From Obrimoposthia wandeli (taxonomy: Eukaryota): 64,000 nt of DNA. The position numbers and the translations under genes were made by a program. The stretch spans positions 1 through 64,000 of the forward strand of contig CDROCS010003167.1 in NCBI GenBank assembly GCA_977020255.1, written 5' to 3'. The notes beneath the pieces were generated by a model. It searched no databases, was not told where the DNA came from, and was given only the letters and a program-made list of their open reading frames with translations. Positions 49,073-60,000 of the stretch are shown here, piece after piece. Positions within the stretch are counted from its first letter, which is position 1. Every line of letters begins with the position of its first letter.

Positions 49073-50803
49073 ATGTTAATACATAATAAGCTACCGAGGA
49101 AGGGTTTTACTATGCTGGAGTTGATGCTAGCAATCTCTGTATTCGTTACATCGCAAACACTCCGCTTATCAAACGAAGTTCAGCTAAAGAAGCATGATGA
49201 TGCTGAGGCGTTCGGTGAGATGATGTACTCAGCTATGTCAGCAATAGATAAGCGGCATTCGTTAGATGGCTATATAGGGCTTTCAGATTGGAATGCATCA
49301 TGGAGTAATACACAATCAGTACTAGACTCACTCTTTAGTCAAGAGCTCGTTGGCAGTAAAAATAAGATATGCGGAGATCAAAATGGGTGGACGCCTAAAG
49401 ATCCAGATAGTAACGGGTTTTTAGCCTTGCTTCCTTGCCATACATTCCCAAACAACGCCGTAGACATCCCTATGTCGCTAAAGGCTTACGCATTACGAAA
49501 AGGGACAATTGATGATCCGACCATGATCGAGGGGTGGAGTGTGTCAATTTACAATGATGATGTTAAAGATGTTGCTAAGTACGCAAAATTTTACCAAGAC
49601 ATCATAAGGGGGTTTAACAAGAGGAACAATTTAGCGATGACAGGGGATATAACAGCCTCAATTGTAGACCAAGCAACCTCAGAGAAAAGAAACCCATCTC
49701 AGTGTATGGCCGGTGTAAGCTGTGTTATTAAATTTGACTACACCCCATTCCTAACCTCTACTGACCGCTACACCTACCTACGAGGTGATGGTGAGAATGA
49801 TATGGAGGCAAGTCTCCAGTTTCACGTCCAAAATAAACCAGCTCAATGCCTTGATGATGCTGGGGTAAAAGTGGCCTGCGGACTAGATTATGATGGTACG
49901 ACTGTAAACCTCTACGGTACAAGTATCTCTATCTCTGAGCTATCCCTTACTACATCAAAAGATGTGGTCGGTGTACTGTGTCGGGATGAGAGTAACAACC
50001 CTGTAAACTGTGGGTTTTCGTTTACATCAAATGCCGGTGTAAGAAGACTGCAGTCCGCGTTTAAAGGCGGGGTTGTTGATGGAACTCTAGAAGTTATAGA
50101 CCCAAGCCTTCCCACTGTTAGCAGCCGTATGCTAGAGGTCACAAAAACAGGTAATGTGAATGCGACTAAGCTGGAAGCTGAGCAAATCACAGCTGGTGGA
50201 AATGTTAATATAGCTGAAACCCTTGATATTCAAGGGAACCTAATAAATGATCCAAGCCATAGCGAATCAAATATTTTTGTTTCGGAGACAATGAATGTAG
50301 GTAGAATCAAATCAGGAGCTTATAAGTTTAAAGGTAAGGTTGCTATAGGTGATCGATGTACAGGTTCTGATATTACAGCTGAAGATCCTGCATACGGGGG
50401 TAAAATATTGAGTTGCGTAAATGGTCTTTGGCAAATACCTAACGCTGTGCCACAGGGGGCTATAGTAGGATTTCTTAGCAACAAATGCCCGTTAGGCTGG
50501 ACTCCGGATGTAGCGCTAAATAGCTCTGGAGAAGCCGTGGTATCTGGTCCAGTAGCAATGAATGAGCAGAAAGTTGGGGTTCCTAATGGCCAAGCAAGGA
50601 TGACTGTGGATACTATGCCTGCGCATAACCATACATACTTAAGAGGTGAACGTGGGAGAGGTATTAGCTCTGGTGGTGGTGCGCAATTATTTAATCCCGG
50701 AGCAGCCCAAGAGATTACCAGTGGTGTCGCTGGTCACGCAATCCCAGATTCTTTTAATATCGAACCGGGGTTTATGAGTTTAATGTACTGTACGAAACTA
50801 TAA
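49073..50803 (+). CDS. PilV-like prepilin adhesin A' (paralogue of 34588-36285)
   Basis: PRKG|FTMLE; RHSLDG; KILSCVNGLW; FLSNKCPLGW; TMPAHNH. Confidence 0.75.
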   Translation: MLIHNKLPRKGFTMLELMLAISVFVTSQTLRLSNEVQLKKHDDAEAFGEMMYSAMSAIDKRHSLDGYIGLSDWNASWSNTQSVLDSLFSQELVGSKNKICGDQNGWTPKDPDSNGFLALLPCHTFPNNAVDIPMSLKAYALRKGTIDDPTMIEGWSVSIYNDDVKDVAKYAKFYQDIIRGFNKRNNLAMTGDITASIVDQATSEKRNPSQCMAGVSCVIKFDYTPFLTSTDRYTYLRGDGENDMEASLQFHVQNKPAQCLDDAGVKVACGLDYDGTTVNLYGTSISISELSLTTSKDVVGVLCRDESNNPVNCGFSFTSNAGVRRLQSAFKGGVVDGTLEVIDPSLPTVSSRMLEVTKTGNVNATKLEAEQITAGGNVNIAETLDIQGNLINDPSHSESNIFVSETMNVGRIKSGAYKFKGKVAIGDRCTGSDITAEDPAYGGKILSCVNGLWQIPNAVPQGAIVGFLSNKCPLGWTPDVALNSSGEAVVSGPVAMNEQKVGVPNGQARMTVDTMPAHNHTYLRGERGRGISSGGGAQLFNPGAAQEITSGVAGHAIPDSFNIEPGFMSLMYCTKL

Positions 50804-50810
50804 AAAAATT

Positions 50811-52472
50811 ATGAAAAAGAGCGGATTTATATTGCTGGACGCAATAATGGCCTCGGCACTCATATCAATAAGTGTTTTGGCAATAGCGAACTTAAACAAA
50901 CAGGAAGACTTCAGTGAGGACTCGCTACTGGCTGGTAAAGAACTTGCTCAATTACTTCACGCCGTAGACAAAAGGGTCCTCCTAGATGGCAGGGCGAACG
51001 TGGATTGGAATTCAGCTGAAGCTGGTGTCTTGGTCGCCGAGGAACTTAGGGGGAACCTAATCGGTAACGGTAATGTACGCTGCCCCGGGACATGGGATCC
51101 AAAAGTTAAAGGGAATGATGATATGGCATTGGTTGATTGTGACTTTTGGTCTAACCCCCCTATGGGTTCATATTCTGAACTCGATGTTAAATCAAGAAAT
51201 GGATTGAAAGAGTGGCGATTGGATATATATGATCCAAGGCCAAACTATCAAGATGCACTTATGCTTTCAGCTTCAGATATTATTAAATCAGCAGAACTTC
51301 ATTCAGTCCTTCAAATGACAGGTTTATATCAATATAGTGTGGTGGATCGTGGGGCAGACTCAACAGTATCACCATCAGAGTGCCTTAAGGGGGGGCTTGA
51401 TTGCGCAATAAGAGCAGAGTTAGTATTTCCTGAATCCTCTGTGAATTTAGATTCACTTTACAGAGTCGATGGTACTAATGGGATGGTAAAAGGCTTATTT
51501 TTCAGTATTAACACGAAGAGTGCTGCAGTCTGCTTTAACTCTCAAAGTGACCCTGTTGATTGTGGTTTGGACTTCGACCCATTGACGGAAGATCTAAATG
51601 TTACAATGAATAGAGTTAATGTGAGCAATATTCGCTTAGCAAGTAAGGCTGAGGGTGTTGCAGTTAGCTGTATCGATGAGGCTGGTAAGGCAAGCTTTTG
51701 TGGTATATCACCAATAAATACAGCGCAAAGTGAAGGTTTTGTTCAGGTAAACCATGTCGGCGTTAGTGGGGCTCTTAGTATAGTGAATACATCGGGTGAA
51801 GAGGTGTTTAGGGTCGACGAAAATGGTGTGGATTCAAAGGTTATTGAACTGGAAGGTAGCGTCACTGCCAAAAATGCATCAGTTAAAGATCTTGAACTCG
51901 CAGGTGATTTAACCACAAAAATAATGACTGCCCGATCAATAACATCTGAAGGGGTATTTTCAACGGAGCATCTAAAGGTTGACTCTGTACGTATGGGAGG
52001 AACTTGTGAGAAGGCATTAGCAGGTTCTATTACTACAAGTAGTGCAGGGAAGCTTGTCTCTTGTAGGGGTGGTCTCTGGTTGGAGCCGCCGCACCCAGCG
52101 GGTGGTGTGTTTTATACAAGAAGTAAAACTTGCCCAGCAGGGTTTAAGAGTGCGACAAATAGAAACTCCGTGGCAAGCCTATCTAAGGTTGGGTTTAGTT
52201 ATACACCTTCAGGAGGGGTGAGTGACTCGTCACGCGGGTCTGGTGTTGGCGGGGTCTATTCGGGTAATCATTTCGCTATAAACAAAACCCTACTACCTTC
52301 TCATTCGCATTCCTACCAAAGGTATACGTCTGATCGCCACACAAGAAAAAGTGGGAGTCGTAATGCCTCGTGGGGCGGCGAGTCGACGCAGACAACGACC
52401 GATACTGGAGGGAGTAAACCTATTGATATAACAGCACCGGGGATCATATTGACAATGTGCGTCACTATCTAA
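50811..52472 (+). CDS. PilV-like prepilin adhesin B' (paralogue of 32871-34550)
   Basis: MKKSG|FILLD; RVLLDGR; GKLVSCRGGLW; TCPAGF; LLPSHSH. Confidence 0.75.
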   Translation: MKKSGFILLDAIMASALISISVLAIANLNKQEDFSEDSLLAGKELAQLLHAVDKRVLLDGRANVDWNSAEAGVLVAEELRGNLIGNGNVRCPGTWDPKVKGNDDMALVDCDFWSNPPMGSYSELDVKSRNGLKEWRLDIYDPRPNYQDALMLSASDIIKSAELHSVLQMTGLYQYSVVDRGADSTVSPSECLKGGLDCAIRAELVFPESSVNLDSLYRVDGTNGMVKGLFFSINTKSAAVCFNSQSDPVDCGLDFDPLTEDLNVTMNRVNVSNIRLASKAEGVAVSCIDEAGKASFCGISPINTAQSEGFVQVNHVGVSGALSIVNTSGEEVFRVDENGVDSKVIELEGSVTAKNASVKDLELAGDLTTKIMTARSITSEGVFSTEHLKVDSVRMGGTCEKALAGSITTSSAGKLVSCRGGLWLEPPHPAGGVFYTRSKTCPAGFKSATNRNSVASLSKVGFSYTPSGGVSDSSRGSGVGGVYSGNHFAINKTLLPSHSHSYQRYTSDRHTRKSGSRNASWGGESTQTTTDTGGSKPIDITAPGIILTMCVTI

Positions 52473-52583
52473 TTACATATCAGTTAAGTTATTTTTCTCG
52501 CTAAAACATGTCCTAATTGGATATGTTTTTTTTTAATACTTAAACAGTTGGTGCATATCATATATAGTTAAATAAAATTAAAA

Positions 52584-54278
52584 ATGATTAAACATAACAA
52601 GGGTTTCTTTATGGCCGAGGCTGTTTTTGTTGCAACTATTATCGCATCCACCGTAGTGGGTAAAGCGAAAATGGATGAATACATTGACCAACAAAATGAC
52701 GCAACAGCCCTAGGTGTGCAACTGACAAGTACATTATCCGCAATAGATAAGCGTATATTTTTGGATGGCTACTACAGCTCAACAGTGTGGGACAAGGTCT
52801 ACCCTGACGCTATATCACTAAGTAATGATTTGTTTAAAAAGGAATTAATAGCGAAGAACAACCCCACTTGCGGGGATGCTTTTGGTGGGTGGGCACCGAG
52901 CATTAGCGTAAACGATGAGCTAGCACTGCTACCTTGTGGTTTTTTTAACCCTACCCTAATCCCTCTAGGTTTTGAAATTAGTGGCTTCAGGAAAGGCGAT
53001 AATGCTGAAGTTACTAAAATCGGATCTTGGGGGCTTGAGTTACATCATAGTGACCCAGATAAGTTTAGTAAATATTTCAAAAGCTACTCCCGCATAATAA
53101 ATACTATCAAACAGAGAAAGGGTGTGCGGATTACAGGGGATTTTAGCGCGTACTTAGTTCAAGTGGGTACAGATAGTAAAATCGATTACCTGAAGTGTGA
53201 GGCTCTTTCTACAAATTGTGCAATTAGAGTTGAGTACACACCTCATGCCGATTCAGCTTTTAGCGCTGAGAATATACGGGTTGATGGTTCAGCATATCTA
53301 CGCAAAGACTTATCTTTTCGAACTGGTTCAACCAAGGCGGAATGCTTTAAAATGGATGGGTTAAATCAGGTTGTAACCAATTGTGGGATCGAAGTCGATG
53401 GGGCTAGTGTAAATGCTAATGTGATGACCTTGACAGTCGAATCACTGATAGCGGCAGCTGATGGAGGGGCTCCGACAGACAGCTTATGTCAGGGCAAGGA
53501 TGGTGCTTTAACATCTTGTGGGATCTCAGTGTTATCTACAAACTCTTCAGTGTACAGCCAGTTACTCACAGGCACACTCTACTTGGAGGATCAGTTAAAG
53601 GTGTATTCAGATAGAGACGGTGCGGACCCTAAAAAGGATGTGGTTCTATCTGTTGATAAAAAGGGAGATGTGTCTATAAAATATAACCTTGGAGTGGAAA
53701 GTGATATAACAACCTCCGGTTCGCTAAAGGCTACAAATGGCGTGAATACGACTAACTTAAATATTGGTAAGGACGCTTGGATTACTGGTGATGCAGTAGC
53801 AGAGGCTCTTGGTGGAGCCGTACCGCCTTTGGAAACGTTTGGTAAGCTGCCAAATAGTTGCGAGGGTAGCTCAATGACAACTAACTCATCAGGCACCATT
53901 TTTCAGTGCGTAAATTCTAACTGGTTGAAAGTTGACTACCCTTCTCAAGCAGTACTCCCTTTTAAGACAGCGTGCCCAGATGGATGGACCCCTTTGGTAA
54001 TTCCAGCGGGTTACAGAGTAAAAGCCACGGACGACCCGCGCAAGATTGGTCTGGTAACTAATAAGCCAATAACGACTAAGCTTACAGAGCGCAATATACC
54101 GGCTCATACGCATAAATGGGGGCGTTACAGTATGTCAAGTGCCAAGAGAAAGCACAAGAGTCCACGAAGAGTTAGACTTCGTGGTACTTTTAATACGACA
54201 CCAAATAACAATGTATCATCTTCAAGTGTTAATTTTAGATCTCAGACTATGGCTGTTAACTTCTGCAAGAAGGGATGA
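52584..54278 (+). CDS. PilV-like prepilin adhesin C' (paralogue of 31049-32803)
   Basis: HNKG|FFMAE; RIFLDGY; GTIFQCVNSNW; LPFKTACPDGW; NIPAHTH; ends FCKKG. Confidence 0.75.
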   Translation: MIKHNKGFFMAEAVFVATIIASTVVGKAKMDEYIDQQNDATALGVQLTSTLSAIDKRIFLDGYYSSTVWDKVYPDAISLSNDLFKKELIAKNNPTCGDAFGGWAPSISVNDELALLPCGFFNPTLIPLGFEISGFRKGDNAEVTKIGSWGLELHHSDPDKFSKYFKSYSRIINTIKQRKGVRITGDFSAYLVQVGTDSKIDYLKCEALSTNCAIRVEYTPHADSAFSAENIRVDGSAYLRKDLSFRTGSTKAECFKMDGLNQVVTNCGIEVDGASVNANVMTLTVESLIAAADGGAPTDSLCQGKDGALTSCGISVLSTNSSVYSQLLTGTLYLEDQLKVYSDRDGADPKKDVVLSVDKKGDVSIKYNLGVESDITTSGSLKATNGVNTTNLNIGKDAWITGDAVAEALGGAVPPLETFGKLPNSCEGSSMTTNSSGTIFQCVNSNWLKVDYPSQAVLPFKTACPDGWTPLVIPAGYRVKATDDPRKIGLVTNKPITTKLTERNIPAHTHKWGRYSMSSAKRKHKSPRRVRLRGTFNTTPNNNVSSSSVNFRSQTMAVNFCKKG

Positions 54279-54304
54279 TGCGGTAGTTGAGACCACTAAC
54301 AATG

Positions 54305-54336
54305 AATGGCCTGCAATCTAACGTATGCAGGCCATT
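54305..54336. terminator. bidirectional terminator-like hairpin
   Basis: 11-bp stem aatggcctgca / tgcaggccatt between convergent genes. Confidence 0.65.
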
Positions 54337-54362
54337 AATGCAATGGCTACCGACTGATCACC

Positions 54363-54959
54363 TTACTCGAAGATGCTGCCGTCTAAAACCGACCAGACAA
54401 GAGTGACCGATAGTTGACCTAAGATTAAAGATTTTAAAGGTCTGAAAAATTCTTCACTTTCGTAATACCCATCTTCTGATAGTGAGGCAATTGAGCTAAC
54501 AACGCGCTGACAGGCGACCTCAATAACGAACTCCCACACGAGCTGAGGTAAGTCCTCATTGCTACCACCGACATTTTCTTTAAGCTCATCCAGAAAGGCG
54601 GCAGGAGCCAAGGCAGTCAACTTATCACGGCTTAGCGACTCAGGAAGTGGAATTACACCGAACTCAAGATGCCCTTCAGAAGGGAAATTACATAATGGGT
54701 AAAAATCGAAGTAGCTATAAGCAATTTCAACAGCCTCTGAGAATGCTAAGTCAGTAAATTCACGCACAAAATTGGTGTCTAGCTTACCCGTTGCGCACGG
54801 TTGATCTAGCGAGTCCTTGAATGGACGAACGTCGGTGAAGTGCTCTGCTTTTGCGATTGCATGTCGCAGTTCGCTTAATTTGCATTTCTTGAGGTTTTTA
54901 GTAACAGCGATGGTGAACGTATCAAAATCTGACGAAGAAACAAAGTGAGTATTAGACAT
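54363..54959 (-). CDS. hypothetical protein
   Basis: 198-aa ORF with AGGA RBS; N-terminal LRHAIAKAEHF motif of the same type as in 5942-6850. Confidence 0.7.
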   Translation of the reverse strand: MSNTHFVSSSDFDTFTIAVTKNLKKCKLSELRHAIAKAEHFTDVRPFKDSLDQPCATGKLDTNFVREFTDLAFSEAVEIAYSYFDFYPLCNFPSEGHLEFGVIPLPESLSRDKLTALAPAAFLDELKENVGGSNEDLPQLVWEFVIEVACQRVVSSIASLSEDGYYESEEFFRPLKSLILGQLSVTLVWSVLDGSIFE

Positions 54960-55273
54960 ATTTTTATCCTAAAAGATTAAACAATATTGCATGGTTGCTC
55001 CGGTTACCTAGCCTGTTTAATCAAATAAAAGATAAAAACAAAAGAAAGGTTTATTCATCCCTGTTTGCCTTTTTGCGTTAGCAAATTGGAGCGGTGAGAA
55101 GGGTGCCTCATCTTTAGGCTTACGCGGTTTAACCGCTGCGTTGACAAGATGAACAATACCACAGTTAGGTTTCATGTCAATAAAATATTGCGCTAATTTG
55201 ATGAAAAACATAATTACTTTGAATATGACGACGCGAGGTGTCCGCGCCGAACTCACAGTGCTAGCTGAAAAGC

Positions 55274-55585
55274 CTAGCTGCTAGAAGTAAACTTCATAAT
55301 AAAGCAGTGCTGCTCGCAGTTATCCCACTCTTCCTCGTCAAAGTCATCCAGCCAAGCTTCCTTTGACCCATCAGGGATCGCCCCATTCATAGTCTTTATG
55401 ATGCTAAGGGTTGGAGCCTCAGAGTTTAAGAATAACTTTAGGTCTCGGTTAAAACTTGGCTCGATGGTCTGGATTGCAAATAGCTCCCCGTCGCGAGCGG
55501 TTTCAACGAATTTCATAACAGCCTGTCGTGCCAGACTCATAGCTGTTGGGCACCTGTGTGCCTGTAAATCTAATGCGTTCATCAC
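55274..55585 (-). CDS. TusA/SirA-like sulfur carrier protein
   Basis: LDLQAHRCPTAM matches the TusA LD..G..CP.P motif with the persulfide Cys; IEPSFNRDL resembles DDPATTRDI; GGAG RBS just after the upstream stop. Confidence 0.75.
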   Translation of the reverse strand: MMNALDLQAHRCPTAMSLARQAVMKFVETARDGELFAIQTIEPSFNRDLKLFLNSEAPTLSIIKTMNGAIPDGSKEAWLDDFDEEEWDNCEQHCFIMKFTSSS

Positions 55586-55592
55586 AAGCTCC

Positions 55593-56765
55593 TTAAGCCG
55601 TTAGTACTTTACAAGGCATAATGCGTAGCTTTCCACACAGGTATGAACCGATGCGCTTGTCTGATGCAGAAACGATGCCACCTTCCTCTTTCGTTATCTT
55701 TTCAATAACGAAGCTTTCATCTGACATATCAGTTAATGGAAGAGAACTTAATTTATCAAACGCGTCCATGTTAAACGCCCCAGTAACCAACGAGTCTTCA
55801 ATGGCTGAGCGAATTAGATAGCCGTAACCAGTCAGGAATAGCGCTTTTGTAAATAAAGCTTGTTTGTGTATCCCTTTTTTCTCTGTAAGCAATGAGTCTA
55901 GCGGTAACTTCTCAATCAGCATTGGGATTAAGTCCACCAGCAAACTATACGTTCTGTTGTAAACGCTATCATCAAGAAGGTCCTTCGTTAGCTCACCCTT
56001 TGTTGTGCCAAGCGAGCAGTGAATAAAACTTGCAAACTGAGAAAGCGTCCAAGCCTGATGACCTGTTACTTTACCCTTGGATGCAACCCATGAATGCATA
56101 GGTTTACCTTTGATCTCGATGTCCATAAGTTGGTTCATTAAACGACCGTAAGTCGTCGAGCTATCGAAGTACAAAGATATGGAAGCATTTGGTTTCATTA
56201 AAGAAATATGGTAATCACTAAAAGTTTGTCGAACAATTTTTTTCGCTTCATAAATCGTTTCTGTGTTTGTAATTACAAACTTAACTGAGATTGTATGGTT
56301 CGCGAAATCGTTTAGCTGGTCCAAGTCGATACCTTCAAGAGCCAGTACTCCACTTGCAGTTGTATGACGACCCTGCCCGTCAGTTATATGTCGGTCAGTA
56401 TCTTTACTTAGACATGCAACAACCATATCTCTGTTGCCCACCTTTACTGACTTTTCGATTGTTAATTTAGTTAAGAACACCGTAATGCTAGGGAAGATAC
56501 TCGCGCCCTTCTGAACATACTTAACCATCTTCTTCACACGGGGATCTTTTGGGCTGACGTCACGTTGAAGTTTTTCTGATTCATTGATGAAATCTGAATT
56601 TTTCTCACAACTGAAGTGATTAACAAACTCCTTCATAAGCATAATGCCTTCATAAGACTCGACACCTTCGTTAGCATAGTTAAAGCCTTCGTTACCAATA
56701 AACAAAGTAAGCATTAAGTCTTCGTTAAGTGGTGAAATCATTTTTCTGGTTTGTGCGCAAGTCAT
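55593..56765 (-). CDS. DndB/DGQHR-domain protein (variant DGQGR)
   Basis: LQRDVSP..RVKKMVKYV, IFPSITV, ITDGQGRHTT, RQTFSDYH. Confidence 0.75.
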   Translation of the reverse strand: MTCAQTRKMISPLNEDLMLTLFIGNEGFNYANEGVESYEGIMLMKEFVNHFSCEKNSDFINESEKLQRDVSPKDPRVKKMVKYVQKGASIFPSITVFLTKLTIEKSVKVGNRDMVVACLSKDTDRHITDGQGRHTTASGVLALEGIDLDQLNDFANHTISVKFVITNTETIYEAKKIVRQTFSDYHISLMKPNASISLYFDSSTTYGRLMNQLMDIEIKGKPMHSWVASKGKVTGHQAWTLSQFASFIHCSLGTTKGELTKDLLDDSVYNRTYSLLVDLIPMLIEKLPLDSLLTEKKGIHKQALFTKALFLTGYGYLIRSAIEDSLVTGAFNMDAFDKLSSLPLTDMSDESFVIEKITKEEGGIVSASDKRIGSYLCGKLRIMPCKVLTA

Positions 56766-56853
56766 ACGTCCGCCTTGTTATGAGTATTGTTAATTACGAT
56801 TAGTCGCTGTGAGCGTTTAGTTCGAGATCAATATACCCCAAATTAAAATAATG

Positions 56854-56991
56854 GCAATATGTATCACCAAAATAACAATAATAGATTTATTTAGGCCAAA
56901 TAGGACTCAGCGGAGGTCAGCATTTGAACAATAACGGCCATATGGACTACAAAGTCGGATTAAAACCGTTAATTTAAGCAATATGTATCAC
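56854..56991. promoter_or_regulatory. 14-bp direct repeat GCAATATGTATCAC in the divergent promoter region
   Basis: Exact copies at 56854-56867 and 56978-56991. Confidence 0.55.
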
Positions 56992-57004
56992 TTGTCGATT
57001 TTAT

Positions 57005-60000
57005 ATGTATAATGGCGGCATACAAACAAACAAGGTGAACGACATGGACTTACTTAATCAATTTGCAGCAGAACAACATATAGAAGTAAACAACATTCTG
57101 ATCAATGCTGTTGCAGATGATAACGCTCACCTTGTGGCTATACATGATGAGTTCCTTAATGTTGTCGCCGACGCTCAAGCGGTTATCGAACATCCAGCTG
57201 CAGCGGTGGTTCACGTAGGATTTAGTAGCGGCAAGGACAGTAATCTTGTTTTAATCGCGATTATGGAAGCTTACAGACGCTCTATTGCTAGTGGAGCTAT
57301 CGAACCTGAACGATTATTACTTGTCAGCACGATTGATACTCTAATTGAAGCTCTACCTATGCAATTCATGGTTGATTTTAGTAAGCACTACATTGCAAAA
57401 TTTGCAAAAAAACATAACATTAATCTTGTTCACACAATTACATCCCCGACGTTAAGTTCAGAGTACTTCGTCAAGTACGCCGGAGCAGATAAATTAGTAA
57501 ATAATCCAAGTAGAACAGGGGATTGCACGAATATCCTCAAGTTAGACCCGGCAATGAAAGTGCTTTCTATGCAGCGAAAAACAATCTTAGATGGCAAGCG
57601 AGTTATAAGCTGTACAGGTTCAAGAAATGAGGAAAGTCCTCGCCGTCTAATGAACATGAGAAAGCAAGGCGTAAGCAATAAAGCCGTTGACACAATTTTG
57701 ATGGAAATGAGCATGACAGAACTAAGCTCAACCATTAACTTCGCGCCGATACGAGACTGGCCGACCTCTGATGTGTTCGACTTCCTCCGTATCATCGGCA
57801 GTGATGCCTTATATAGCATTAGAGATCAGCGTGACCCTGTTGAATCATACTTCCCACACTTTGCCCTACTCCTTGAGATTTACGGCAAGGCTAGCAACGA
57901 AGCGTGCTCAATCACGGTTAATGTATCAGGTAAGACTGAGTCTAATGGTTGTGGTGGTAGCAGTGAGCGATACGGTTGTAATTTCTGCACCCGCATCATC
58001 ACAGATCGAAGCGCGATTAGTGTGTCACAAAAGCCATACTGGGATTTCCTCGGCACTACTGATGCCCTAAGAGTTCGCGACTGGCTTAGCCGCACAGCAT
58101 CAAATCCGGACGCAAGAACAATGCACCCAAAAGCTGTCGACCCAGTGTTTAACCGAATCATGTTCCAGAGTAATGTTTTGAAGCCCCGTTTTCTGGAGAA
58201 AATGGTAAAATATGCGAGTCAATTAACAGTTAACGCGATAGCTAAAGCGAGTGAATTTGACGACCTAATAAAGCAAGGTAGAGAGGCTGAGCATGAAGGT
58301 TATGCAGCGATTTTAAGTGATAACTCGATTCACCCGAAAGCTAAAGATCAGCTCCTTAAAATGTATAAATCTGGCGCTAGAAAGCCTTACATGCCCTACT
58401 TCAGCCTAAAACATGCAACTCTACTTTCTATGAAGTGGTCATTACTAGGTGTTAGCTCAGCACCGTATCGTCCTCTTAAGATCTGGGATGATGCAGTTAA
58501 AGGCAATGGCGTTATCCCATTCCCTAAATTAAACAGCGAGCTACCGAAGTCGGAATGGGAAATGAAGTCAACGCCAATGGTTGATCCAATTGTACTCCCT
58601 GTACACCCTGCTGAATTTGAAAAGACATTTTTTGAAGAAGGTAAACCTCTCCTGTCTTACTGGGAGAAGCCTTTTGATATTATGGATATGTACGATCATT
58701 CAAACTGCCGCAAAGCGAAGAAGCCGAAAGGAACGTACATGATCAAGGCTTTCTTCAGCGGAACGTTCAATGCTTGTGAAAATGGAATATCACTATCAGT
58801 CGATATAACGAAGGTCGCTGACGCAAAAACGGGTAAAGCTCTGGATTTTAACAATGAATGGGTTGCCAAGTCAGAAATTGAATCTCTACTTGAGAACAAG
58901 GTCTTTTCATACCTAATAGAAAACCATGGTGTGAACAGGTTTAGCGACCTAAGCTTCACAAACAAGCAGGACGCTGAAAAAGCCGCGAGAGAACTTACAT
59001 TATTAGTGAAAGATGTAGAAAGCGGTAACCTCTCAATCTGCTACCTAAATAAAAAGCCTTTATTTTCTGGGATAAAAAAAGAACCTGTAAAATCAATCCC
59101 GAAACGCAATGCGACAGAGCGCGTTAGATTGAGTGGTAAGTCAGGGAAAGTTGTGAAAACATCGACCAGATGTAAATTCTACACACCGAGCACTACACCT
59201 AACCTAGAATTAAAGGTCTGTAACTTCATCAATATGGCCGTAGTCGACTTCAACACAGAAGATGAAAGTACAATTTCAATTCGAGATTACTTTGATGAAA
59301 TACCGAGTGAAATCGAGCCTATTATGTTCAACGAATTAGAGCATCTAAACTGGCTAGACTACGGTGGCTACGAAAAAGCAATCCAACTCCACGATGAGTT
59401 TGTTGAAAGCAAAATTAAGTATCGCCATCTGCAAGACATGCCGCGTGTTCGCCGATACTCAGGTAGTGAGCCAATTTCCCGATTAATGAATGAATCAGGG
59501 CTTATGATTGAACCGAGTTACAAGAAACAGTTCGAAAAAACACTCAAGCGAACACATCTACTAAAAGAGTGCGGAGCATTTGATTTGCAAGCGTTGTCGT
59601 TTGATGATCTTACGGCATACAAAGGTACTATAAGCATGGAACAGCACCGCAGTGATAAGGCAGCTTACCTACTCAAGGTACGTGCAAAGAAAAACGAACA
59701 ACGCCGTGATATTAAAAATCTTGCAGCTAAAGCCAAGACAGACCTACCGTCTTTCGTAGTTGATGTGGCCACTAAAATTCAAAGCGATCTTTTTGCAAAC
59801 GCTATGAGTTACATTGATTACCTAGACGGCATGGCAATCGACTCTGATGGGTTTGTATCGGGCTCAGGTGTTGATTGTGAGGTACCAATGAAGACACAGA
59901 TAAAGGCGTTCAAAACTTGGTTCAACTTTTACGGCGCGGCACTATCAAGCTATGATGAATTTAAAAAGGTCTTCCTCGGCCAAGATTACAACAAGGCTCT

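Noticed and set aside
31049-54278. Shufflon or invertible segment between the two adhesin triplets
   Set aside because: All six genes are full length with their own starts. I saw no sfx-like repeats, silent C-terminal cassettes, bounding inverted repeats or Rci-type tyrosine recombinase, and the only recombinase lacks its catalytic Ser
6916-54996. Shared 11-mer ATTGCATGGTT upstream of two genes with similar N-termini
   Set aside because: 11-mer matches are expected by chance in 64 kb and the spacing to the starts differs
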